54,749 bases of DNA from Prorocentrum cordatum. Lineage: Eukaryota. The notes under the pieces are model-generated. The model saw only the letters and a list, made by a program, of their open reading frames with translations. It made no database searches and was not told where the DNA came from. The translations under genes were made by a program, and so were the position numbers. The stretch lies in assembly GCA_963575745.1 (NCBI GenBank), contig CAUYUJ010000216.1, positions 62,001 through 116,749 on the forward strand, given 5' to 3'. This document shows positions 45,601-54,749 of the stretch, piece by piece. Each line of letters opens with the position of its first letter. The first letter of the stretch is position 1.

Positions 45601-47030
45601 AGTATATCTCCTTGCTCTGCCCGTGTCATGAACGTGCAGAAAGGGAGGGGTCGCCACTTCGCAGCTAAGAAGGCCAGTAGGAGGCCTAATCGACACCACT
45701 CGTATATCCACAGAGGTCCAAACTCTCCCGTGTAAAAATGATGTTCCCGAAGTTGTAGGTCATACAACGTGGAGTAGGGTGCGGGTTCTGAGAGCGTGCC
45801 TGGAAATTGTGCCAACGGGCCTGTTGATGTCACCCCGGTCAGGTCTGCGAATGCTGGTGTCGCTGTCGTCCACGCTGGTGGTGGATACCTGCGGGTGGGG
45901 GCACGGCGCCATGACGGAGGCCTGTAGCGAGGCTTCTTCTTTCGAGGCGGGAGCTGCAGCACACCCTGACCTTTCCGAATGCTTACCTGCTCAGACTCCT
46001 GCTCATCTGCCATGTTCGCTGACGGCCGATATCGACGTATAGCGAGGGCCTCGAAGTGGAAGCTGGCCGACTCAGGTGGTAGCCACAAAAATGGGATAAA
46101 GTAGATCGAGCCTCCACTGCGTCGTAGGGCACGGTACCGTGGTCTATTGCCTGGGCGCACACGGGGTTGGAGGAAGGACTTGAAATGCTCCATCACCCTG
46201 CCCAAGACTCCTGACATGGGGGCCGTCCTCAGGATGGCTTTGCCAAGATAGAGTGCCGAATGGGATCCTAGTGCATACACCACGGCCCTGTGGGGTCCAG
46301 CATCTAAACCCAACATGCTGTTGAAAGCCGTGATCACAATCGGTTCATTCCAGTCATAAATCCCGCGGTGCCACTCGGGTGGTAGCACTTCCAGAAGCCG
46401 GCGTGCCCATCTCCGTGGTCGGTGCTCACGCAGTGCAAGCCGCAAACGAACCAAGCCCGACATTAATAATAGTACACTGAGGGTACTCCATAGTGGTGGA
46501 CCCTGGAAAACACGATACTGTTTGAGCCGTTGCCCAACAAAGGAGGAGAGGAACGCAATAACTGATGTAATGAAAGCACATACATGACGATGATCCCTAC
46601 GTTGCCAGACCCACTCTCGTATGTGTGCTCCAACCTCACCTTGAGTTAGACCAGAATCTTTTTTCAAGGTGCGCTGAAGGAACTGGACAGTGAATTGGCA
46701 AACCCCTGGCTGGTCCGAGGGGTACGGCATGAGAAATCTCGAAACCTCGGAGCTTCCCGAAGTCGGGTCTACTGATGATAGCTCTGGAGGACTGGTCAGT
46801 CGAGCTCCAGATCTTCTCCATCCATGTACCTCTGGTCCATCCAGCTCACGTAGGAAGACACCGATTCCGATTCTGACTCCGTCGGCGCATGATCGCTCCA
46901 CCAGCTGGTCTGTACCGCACGGATCCTCACCTCCTGATGAACTTGTCGCCACTGATCCTCGAGGTGCCATAACCACGGGCCGAGGGACGTATACGTCGTC
47001 TGATTCAACTGTACCAAACATTGCAACCAA
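42657..47030 (-). CDS. GIY-YIG endonuclease + PLE-type reverse transcriptase + RD/RS-rich tail
   Basis: EN: VVYAL..LYLGKA..GRVMEH..FEALAIRRYRPSAN. RT: ADDK, YVFPTVKSK, MRRIVNS, DADQAYE, GLPIGGVLS, RYVDDII, WLDMEV, GYP. Confidence 0.85.
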   Translation of the reverse strand: MVAMFGTVESDDVYVPRPVVMAPRGSVATSSSGGEDPCGTDQLVERSCADGVRIGIGVFLRELDGPEVHGWRRSGARLTSPPELSSVDPTSGSSEVSRFLMPYPSDQPGVCQFTVQFLQRTLKKDSGLTQGEVGAHIREWVWQRRDHRHVCAFITSVIAFLSSFVGQRLKQYRVFQGPPLWSTLSVLLLMSGLVRLRLALREHRPRRWARRLLEVLPPEWHRGIYDWNEPIVITAFNSMLGLDAGPHRAVVYALGSHSALYLGKAILRTAPMSGVLGRVMEHFKSFLQPRVRPGNRPRYRALRRSGGSIYFIPFLWLPPESASFHFEALAIRRYRPSANMADEQESEQVSIRKGQGVLQLPPRKKKPRYRPPSWRRAPTRRYPPPAWTTATPAFADLTGVTSTGPLAQFPGTLSEPAPYSTLYDLQLREHHFYTGEFGPLWIYEWCRLGLLLAFLAAKWRPLPFCTFMTRAEQGDILFRAAEMAPLFLENFTRLRMARFHIDIQLRRLQLPAAKRPILKLPHEFRDHRLKQAVKGAINAMSNHMSFEPARRWHRHPTRVLYRARRIWKDKVCASKFCAEYVSESLPPPVGADGFITGPLHLRQLSGPWRLPVWATPRVSLKAARAALTEWTASARLAPRIVRRGLDYLNKRFSTSSKSDLTSVFSDPPARWQAIEVDVQNSVEMATGKIIIADDKLPDKTWVADGPDVIRWLHQTAAMDDDWALRLDLTHQDAATRLWTRAHAGLPAWLRSQTMLPPVTKTTCPPYVFPTVKSKCFDADGTKKCTKAGHSCMRRIVNSAEAPGTAGYKCVGRAARHLLRASGTSCEVFNMNDAAAELRQISDELDPPSTDTCLCCGARMTCISIVVVDADQAYEQCSAQFVGRAWTEVSREIVKQLGTDSALVRRGRQCITKTFRGGTPPQYFRVSVHDIAKTMLAYCWLSLVTIGGIVYELRGLPIGGVLSGVALSILMAWFEMQAQKHLELYASSGFTISSSSGSIEIRQRRYVDDIIGISKVYCRLCVFKYLTEVYRVKLSPACVLEDPESPCIWLDMEVWPHGNTLWIAPKNDNRIWLHKSSEGPRPKTNILPWPGQPPRGSNMIVALFSGRQVRAQFLELSVSVTVSWILELALELYLVGYPSAVICAATHACPWSVAIQKARVILRRWRSSYETDTTMGGEGRRPSWSYRGGGRDERWRSYDGWYDSQGKRDDRDKDRDRDRDRRDYRDGRGDSRERRHSPGRGGDRGGRGDRERGGSSRDDRDRGRDGGDRHSDRSRDRRHRSRSKETASAPDIIKVRENLAKADPEYQAFVKDKKDRAEELRLRKQGEYLALAMKSSFGDKMAKLLEGDKDQKATQSASKPDIRDTSPTPVAEAPSSEDYMRRAEQGWLQSLLGKKKTLPKRVTWGDAANILEKAMSTDKGITGNVNKCIQAHCPRKQVPKQKSKAVAMVLNIVNGSAL

Positions 47031-47167
47031 TCAGCCCGAAGGGCTAGGAACTCACGAATGACTCTGAACAGTGTATTATCACCCAAGATGTGATGGACTG
47101 ACTGAGGCATGGATGAAGAGGGGCACGTGCTAGAAGAAGACGAAGAAGAAAAACTTGCTTGATACAC
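46796..47167 (-). CDS. Possible short upstream ORF overlapping the PLE ORF start
   Basis: MPQSVHHILGDNTLFRVIREFLALRADWLQCLVQL.. looks helical and non-random. No homology recognised. Confidence 0.3.
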   Translation of the reverse strand: MYQASFSSSSSSSTCPSSSMPQSVHHILGDNTLFRVIREFLALRADWLQCLVQLNQTTYTSLGPWLWHLEDQWRQVHQEVRIRAVQTSWWSDHAPTESESESVSSYVSWMDQRYMDGEDLELD

Positions 47168-47262
47168 GCGTCGGACTCACACACGTAGCGTACACTATGA
47201 AGCGCGCGATCCCTGGCTCCCCGTCGCCCTGAGTGGGCCGTGTCGAACCAAGATATGAGAGA

Positions 47263-47500
47263 GTCCCTGTTTGCGACCACCACTGCCTTGAGTACTGCTA
47301 TCGCTGGCAAGCTCGAACCCTCCGATCGGAGGGCAGTGTCACGGGCTGGACTGTGAGCACACTTTGGGTCCAACTCGCATCGAAGATGCCTGAGAACGAA
47401 CGGCAGCGGAGGAGACCGACGTGTGGCAGCATGTCAACACACATACACGGGGTGGAGATGGAGAGGAAGATATAGGAGATAATAATAATAAACTCTCGGG

Positions 47501-47507
<7 letters not shown>
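47263..47507 (-). repeat. 5' pseudo-LTR
   Basis: Near-identical to 41359-41603. Bounded by (GA)n 47508-47586. Confidence 0.9.
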
Positions 47508-47583
<76 letters not shown>

Positions 47584-47586
47584 GAG

Positions 47587-50500
47587 CGGACAAGTAGGCG
47601 GACCAGGGTCCGTCCGCGAGGCGCACTGCGGTGCGACAACTCGCTAAACACTATTTGCGGCGGTGCAGCCTTTAGATACGAGGGCGGGCAACAAAACCCC
47701 CCTCCCCCGGCGCAGTGCGACAGACGCTACAGACGGCGGACAGACGGTGATGATCTCACCTGTCAGACCGCGTGAAGAAAGAGGCCCCAACAAGAAAGGC
47801 GACGTGCTGACACGTGGCAAGGCGGCTTGGCAGACCGCCAGTTGGGCGCTTGGCCGCAAAGCGGCGCGCGGTGACGGGGCACCCCCCGCCCCCACGCCCT
47901 GACACCGTGGACGCGGAGCCACACATACTCACGGGCAGGCAGAAAGGAGGAGATTAGCGCGGGGCACCAGGTGGAGCGCCGCGGAACGATGACAGCATAG
48001 CTTGGATGGTGAGTGGCGGCACGGCGCCATCGGGCGAGGGCGTAAGCAGCTCGGCGAAGGCTCGCCCGGCGCTGTGGAGGCGCTGGAGTAGAGGGCCTTG
48101 GCGAGCTTGGGCGGCGGCGAGGTCCGCGGCGAGAGCAACACACCTCTGCTGGAGAGCGGCCATAGCCTGGGACAGCTCGGTTTCGCGGTCGGTGAGGGGT
48201 GGCTGCTCAGTGCCAGCGGCCGCGGGCCGCGTGACAGGGGCGAGGTCCTCGGTACGCCTATCCAAATGGTGGACAAGCGTAGTACGGCACCCTGCATGCT
48301 GTCGTCCGTCACCCTTAGAAGGTGACTGGCAGGGAACGCGCGGCCCCAGGGCTGGAGCCGCTAGGGCAACGCCCCGAGAGGTCGGGAGAGCCGCATCCTC
48401 CCGCTCAGCCACGATGGAAGCATGAACGGGGTGCGAGGGCCTGTCAGGTTCAGTGCCCTGCGGGGGGGCTGAAGCCGCCCCCGCGGGCTGCCGCTGGTGG
48501 GGGGGCGGAGTGGCTTGCGCGGTGGGACCAATCAAGATGCCGTGCAAAGGCTCTGAGGTCAGCCGCGTAGTAGGTTGGCGTCTCGGTAGGGCGGCATGGT
48601 CGGCAGCATGGGGTGTCGGCGGTGCGTCGTCTATGCCACTCAGTCCGCGGGGGTCACCCAGGTCGTCGTCGGCGTCTTGGCGGTGACCGATAACATCATA
48701 TGGGGGCGATGTCGCTCTCGGAGCCAGAGTCGCTGTAGGCGTCGAGGGATTGCCCGACGGGGCAGGGTTGTCGCTGACTGGGCCGTCATCCAAAGCGTCT
48801 GATCCCCCATCGAAGCTGAACGGGTCGTCCTCCTGTTCGTCAGCGTCTTGGAGGTGAGCTGCGTTGTCATGTGGGTGCGATGCCGCTCTCGGTGGCTGAG
48901 TCGAGGGCGACGTGCGGATGCCCGACGGGGCAGGGTTGGCGCTGGCTGGCCCGTCGCCTAGGAAGTCCAGTCCCCCGCCGAAACCGAACGGGTCGTCCTC
49001 CTGTTCGTCGAATATCGCCCGTTGGGCCTCGGCCCAGAGCTCGTCTGGGTTCTGTGGGATGTCTGGTCCAGCCGCGAGTGGTGCCTGGTCCGACAGCAGG
49101 GGGTTTGGTTCCATTTTGTTGAGTTCCGCAGCTGTAAACCCAGCCCTGCGGCGTGGGAGCGGGAGTGTGCGGTGTCTACGCTCGTAGATGGCGACAGCGA
49201 CCCCATGAAGCACGGTCGCTTGGCGATGTCGTGTTCTGGCAGCTTCGACAATGTCGTCTGGAAGGTTGTGAGTGCGCGCAGCCGTTGTGGCGAGGGCGTC
49301 AGCCTGACGATTGAACTCCTCCGCAATGGGCCCGATGAGCCCGAGGTCGATGCCCATGTCTCCCAGGTGGCTTGCGATTTTCTCGACGCGGAACATGTTG
49401 GGCTTGGCCATGACGCATCGGTGGATCTTTTTTCCAGAGCTCCACGTGCGTGCCCTGTGGTGCTGAGTGTCCGTCGATGATACTTTGAAACCCATCGACC
49501 ACCGCCTGGTTGTCCACGAAAACGTGTACGGGCCGTTCAGCACATGCCGTGAGGTGGACAATGGCGAGGGTCTCCGCAAGCTGGGCGTTTTGCGTAATGC
49601 CGTGAACACGTGCACTGTAGTTCATGCGGTGGTCGATGCCATAGTAGACGCCGTAGCCCGCTCGTGCTAGCAATGGGATGGCTTGGTTGGTGCATGCACC
49701 GTCCGTGGCAGCGTAGACCCATGTCCAACCAGTGTCGTGGTCAAGGTAGGTGGTGTAGGAGTCCTGGGCTGAAGCCGCAGGATCACCCTCAGGGGGGGCC
49801 GCGGTATGGGCTGAGGTAGCGGGTCCCTCGCGAGGTCGGCCTGCAGGTCGAGGAGGGCTGGGTCTTCATCGAAGAGCCCACAGTGTCTTGTGTGCGGCGG
49901 GAGACGGGCCCACTGCTCGTCACTGATGAGGGCGGTGAGAGGGAGTCTTTCTCGGGCCCAGCACTTGCAGTCGCGGACAGTGTGCTCCTGAGTTTCCTCT
50001 TCCTCGTCGCAGTATCGGCAGATAGGGCTGGGGTCAGCTGACGTGTTTGATCGGGATCGTCGCTGTTGGGTGTGGCCCCCGCCCGACAGGTAGTTCAGGA
50101 GGAGCGCCAGCTGCCAGGCAGTGCATTTGGCTGCTCCTTTCGTTCGGGCGAGCCACGTCCTGGCGAAGAGGTCGAGGCCCTGTCTGACAGAGGCAAGGTA
50201 TCCAAGGTCGTGACGCCGTGGCTTGATCCTCCTCAGAAAGGCTCTGCGTTGTGAGGCCCGCAGCATGTGAAGGAAAGCGTTTTGGGGTAAGTTCAGCCAG
50301 CTGATCTGGCAGCCCCAGTCGTCGTACATGGTGCCAAATGTGGGCCAGGTCCAACGGAGCTGCTGGAGCGACTGGACGAGTCGTCCGACAGGTCCTCCAC
50401 CAAACAGGGTCTGGACGTGGCGTTGGAGATCCCTGACGAGACCGCAGAGCGTAACGTCGCGGTTAACCTGTCGCCGCAGGCACAGGAAAGCTTCACGCTG

Positions 50501-51487
50501 CGTGATTGCGTCAATCTCCAGGGCGTGTCCTGGGACGCACACGGCCATGAGAGTCCAAAACTCAACCCACTTGTTCCCCTTGGGGCGGATAGCCGCCTTG
50601 AGGGCGTGGTTGTAGGCAGTTTTGGCGGGGCCTGATGGGGCTTGAATGTCGGTGCCCGTGGTACAGACGCTGGCAGCAAGGGACCGGGCGTGCCGCGCCT
50701 TGATAAGCATCGGCGATGGGAGCTTGCCGATGCGCGGCAGGCGACTGGTCGCCCTCCGTACACGGGCGTCAGCGGTGGCCGTGAGGTTCAGCGCGGCTGG
50801 AGCCGGCGCTGCCTCGACATTGATGTAACTCCCGACGAGCTTGAAGGAGTCGACCACGCGTAAGGGCCGTTCCGCCAGAGTGAGCTGGGCAACGGCGGCG
50901 TGAAGCTCGTCGGTGAGGGCCCACCCCGCCACTTTGCCAGGGTGAATGCGTTGACCTGAGAATCGATCAAACTTGGCGGCTTCGTCAAGAGATTTCTGCA
51001 ACTCAGACGCGGTGTGGGTAGTGGAGTTGCTGTCGTCAACAAAGGTAGTGCTGAGTGATCGCGGAACGTATCGATGCTGTCTCTTTGTCCACACACACAT
51101 GAGCAGCTTGATGTCGTCCAGGGACCATGAGCTTCCCTGGAGGTGACCGTTGGTCCTGGCCAATTCCTTAGAGTACGCTCCGTTCATGCGGATGTAGCGT
51201 TTGTGGCGACTGTAGAAGTTTCTGCGGACAGTGACGATGTCTTGGGGGCACCCCGCGTGAAGCGCAAGGTTAAGGCAGATGTCCGTGATGAGGTAGTCGA
51301 AACACTTCTGTCGGTCAAGGGCAGCCCCAGCTAAGGGCAGGAGTAAGGCCCTGGCGTGCTCGATGCGCAGGGCGAGAGAGGTGCTGACGTCCCCAATGGT
51401 AGCTTTGGGAACAGCGCCAAAGCTCGTGGCGTGGGTCCATCCTTTCCGCCAATCCGTGAGGCTGCGTAAAAAAAGAAAAAAAAAAAA

Positions 51488-51519
<32 letters not shown>

Positions 51520-51524
51520 AAATG

Positions 51525-51562
<38 letters not shown>

Positions 51563-51598
51563 AAAAAAACAAAAAAATAAAAAAAAAAAAAAAAAAAA

Positions 51599-51632
<34 letters not shown>

Positions 51633-54600
51633 AAAAAAAAAACAAAAACAAAAAAAAAAAAAAAAAAAAAAAGAAAAGCCTGGCGCTTCCCACGCTACAG
51701 CTCCAGACGGAAAGCACCGAGAGAAAGTCGTTGGTCCGTTGGGAGTTCGCCTCGGCCTTTTCGGAGGCACGGGTTTGGCACATGAAGGAGGGGTTCTGGG
51801 ATGGTGCCAGTGCGTTGCATAGCGCGTAAGACGCTGGCGAAGAGGCGAAGGATGTCGTCGGGTAACTCCTTAGCCTCCTTAGTTGTCCAGCCGTCAAGTC
51901 CCCCCGCACGGCACGGTGAACGGGTGCGAATAAAGTGGATGAGTTGGTCGTCGGTGAGGTAGAAAGGGGTCGCTGGTGATGGCGTAGGCAGCTCTTGTCG
52001 GTACTCGTCGTAGAAGTCAGCCCACGTCGGCATGGCTTCGGCGTCATGCCCCGCACGGGCACGGTACCTGCCCAAGATGGGCTCCCAGGTGTCGACCATG
52101 AGCTTAAGCATGTCTTTGGTGTTAGCAACAATGGCGTTGGCAGGGAGAATGTCGGGGACCTGTGCAGGTGGTGGTTCACAAGTGTGGCCTTCGTCGTTGT
52201 CCGTATCGGGCGAACTACCGTCGCTAGGGCTGAAGCCGCCAGCTTCGGTGTCGGCGTCACTATCGTCCGTGCTAGCTTTGTCAGGTTTGAAGGCGTTAGT
52301 GTCGCAGTGGAGTTGCGTATCGTCGGGAGTGGTAGGCGTGCGGAGATACGCCGTGGGCGAGCTGTCAGCAGCCCGTGCGTATATGGCCGCCTTTCGCCCG
52401 CTTGGCTCGCGGACGCCGTCAGCCCATATCTTGATGCGTTCAGCTTTGGCGCGGTTTGCACGTCGCGCCAGCTCTGAGTCGAGGCTTTGGATCAGACAGT
52501 CAAGATGCTCTCCGTGGGGTGCTGGCTCGTCGGGGGTCCAGGCCTCGGGAAAGGCTAGGAGAACCGTGGGGCGCAGCTTGTGACAGAGGAGGCGGGCCGC
52601 GGTCCACGTGCAGTCGATGCGCTGCGCCAGGTACGGCGGGATGGCACGGCAGTCGAGATGGTGGTGCTGTCCGATGAAGCGAAGCTCACAAAGTTGCCGA
52701 TGGAGCTTGCGCAGGCGGTTTATGTGTATCGTGGATGCACCGTAGGTGGGAAAAGCGCGGGGCACAACGGGTCGCTCCACGAACGTGGGCGTGCGCCCGT
52801 GCATGGTGGGGGCCTTCTTTTTTGGGTGGTCTGGCGGTGGAGGTGGCAGGTCGCGCAGACGGGTGAGATGGTACTCATGGCTGGCCTCGTTAGCCAGGGC
52901 GAACATGCGTTCCACATCGTCGCGTGTGTCGGCCTGCTCCATGCGGTCCTGGTATCGCCCAGCGATGAGGGTCCCTAACGCCTGCAGTGCGTGGCCCTCG
53001 TGAGCTCCATCGTTAGGGGGGTGGGGCGTGGGGGCAAGAAGGCGTCGGGCCGTATGGTCGAGGCGACTGAGGTCGAGCGTGACCTGCAGGCCAACATGGG
53101 ACTTCGCTGGCAAGTCGCGCAGATAGCAGAAGTCGGTGACAAGGGATCGCGCCGCTTGGTTGGCGATGATAGAATCGATGCGCGAAGTGCGGGGGCACTT
53201 GGTGACGCGGTCCCAGTCAGGGATATTGCCGATGTGTGCATGGTGTGGTCTGGTGTGCCCTCAGCGACGTTAAACCATCCGTGCTGCATCATGTGCAGCA
53301 GGTGTGGATTGTCGTCGATGTTCGTGTTGGCGTCCATGCAGATGAAATACGGGGCTGAGCCGACCCCTTGCGGCGGCGCAGTCAGCGAGCCGAAAAAGAT
53401 CTGTGCTGTCTCCTCCAGCAACCCCGTAGAGGCTCGCTATGTAGATCCCAGCGGGCCCGTGGTTGTTTCGTCGCCGCCTGCGGCGGTGCTGAGTGCAGAG
53501 CGGGAGAAAGACCTCGTGCCATCTTTTCTTGGCCTTGAGGGCGGCGATACAGGGCGCATTGTCGTCGACAGTGGAGTCGACAATGGCATCCTTAGAGAGG
53601 ATGGCGACCCCTCCCGAGGCACCAGTGTTGCCCACGACGGTGTGTTCTGTGCCGCCGTGGGCAGCTCTGCGCTGGGCTCGCGCCAGATCCAGGTCAGGTC
53701 CCAGACTGGCGTGGTACCCCCCGTGGTGTGGATTGGCGGCGCTGGTAGCGATGGCTTGTCTGGTCGGCTTGGCATGTCGGGTCTCCTGCAGTGCTATGAC
53801 TGCGGCGTTGTGGTCGACACCAAGAGCGGTGATGGTTAGCCAGTTCGCTGGGAGACTGGTGATGTTTAGGCTGACGAGGTGTATGGAGCGACCTGGCCCA
53901 TCTCCATCGGTGGAGCTGGGGTTAGCACGCCCTGCACGGTGTAGGTCAGCCTGACTCTCCCCCAGGTAGCAGGCTTGGCCACAGTAGGAGCTCATGGCGT
54001 TCCTATGGATTGGCTTGACCGGGGCTGAAGCCGCCGTCAGGCCAGAAGCATAGGCGAGACATGGTCGGCACTGCGCCAGGGGGGTTCATAAACATCAGTA
54101 AAACTGCCTCGAAAAATCCTCCTAACTCCTGTACCATAGGGGACAAGGGGAGGAGAGGCGAGACGGCAGCAGAGGGAGAGGGAGGCGACTCCTCGATCCG
54201 TCCTGCCAAACACAAAAACCACAGCGAACCAGCGGCGGCGGCTCGGCGCGGCAGCGGCACAACGCACGCGCATATACTGCGCACGCGACACCGCTGGTCC
54301 GTCCTGCGGCGGCGCGCCCGCCCCGTCAGTACCGTGATGAGCAGCATCTGGTGGAGCAGCTCGAGCGGCGCGGTCGGTGGCCTGGCGCTGGGCCTCGCCC
54401 ATGCCCGCTGCCGTGAGGCCCGTGTTGCGGACAGGGCTGACTCCACGCGGGGCCACCGCTGCCGCGGCAGCGGCTGAGGTGGCGGGGGCTCCGCCCCGAC
54501 TCTGAGGTGAGAGCGGTGAGCCGCCGCCGAAACCCGCCGCAAGGTCCTTGACGCGGTACTTGTTCTTGAACGGGTCGAAGGTCGGCGCCTCGTCAATGGG

Positions 54601-54749
54601 GACGACCACGCGGGTGGGCAGCGGCAGCTCGTGGTCCGTGGACGGCGTCGGCTCGAGGTCGACCTGGCCAGGTTCTATGGCGCTGGCACCGAAACGTGGC
54701 ACCACTTCGGGGGCTCGGCCATCGGCCTGAGCCTCGCGAGGCGGCGAGC
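47587..54749 (-). mobile_element. LINE copy 2 (3' part: APE, RT, RNase H, 3' UTR); runs off the window end
   Basis: Colinear with 24959-32310, with many substitutions, several frameshifts and its own A-tract at 51468-51677. The same 3' terminus abuts (GA)n. Confidence 0.92.

Larger units (their letters stand above)
41359..47507 (-). mobile_element. Penelope-like retroelement with N-terminal GIY-YIG endonuclease (Naiad/Chlamys-type domain order)
   Basis: 245-bp direct repeats at 41359-41603 and 47263-47507 flank an intact 1457-codon EN-RT ORF. Confidence 0.8.

Noticed and set aside
47031..47033. In-frame TGA before the PLE ORF as selenocysteine
   Set aside because: Another TGA lies a few codons upstream, there is no Cys-motif context, and no SECIS was recognised.
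41359..47507. LTR retrotransposon interpretation of the direct repeats
   Set aside because: No TG..CA ends, gag, protease or integrase; the RT and GIY-YIG motifs fit a Penelope-like element.
25739..54730. Numerous plus-strand and alternate-frame ORFs over the LINEs
   Set aside because: Shadow ORFs expected from high-GC coding sequence on the opposite strand or frame.

Overview
GC-rich eukaryotic DNA made almost entirely of nested transposable elements and microsatellites. No ordinary host gene, rRNA, tRNA or CRISPR array is evident. The introns I reconstructed use GT, GC and GA donors, usually with AG|G junctions, which points to a dinoflagellate (inference). Contents: (1) CRE-like RLE non-LTR retrotransposon pieces (1-695 +; 748-3193 plus 18188-18357 -; 18358-21922 -). 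(2) A ~15-kb CACTA/CMC-like DNA transposon (3194-18187) defined by 22-bp TIRs and an AT duplication. Removing it restores a CRE reading frame. It carries a 5-exon transposase, two further spliced genes, a 47-bp G-rich satellite and palindromic arrays. (3) A ~16-kb LINE (24959-41192 -) whose ORF2 has membrane-like segments, an ADP-ribosyltransferase-like domain, Zn fingers and a ubiquitin-like domain upstream of APE-RT-RNase H, plus a recurring 13-nt motif; a second, partial copy runs off the window end (47587-54749). (4) A Penelope-like element with an N-terminal GIY-YIG domain, 245-bp direct repeats and two extra small ORFs (41359-47507 -). Both LINE copies and the PLE are linked through (GA/TC)n tracts in the same orientation. 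Frameshifts at homopolymers and noisy poly(A) inserts suggest uncorrected long-read sequence. All domain calls come from motif recognition by eye, not from database searches.
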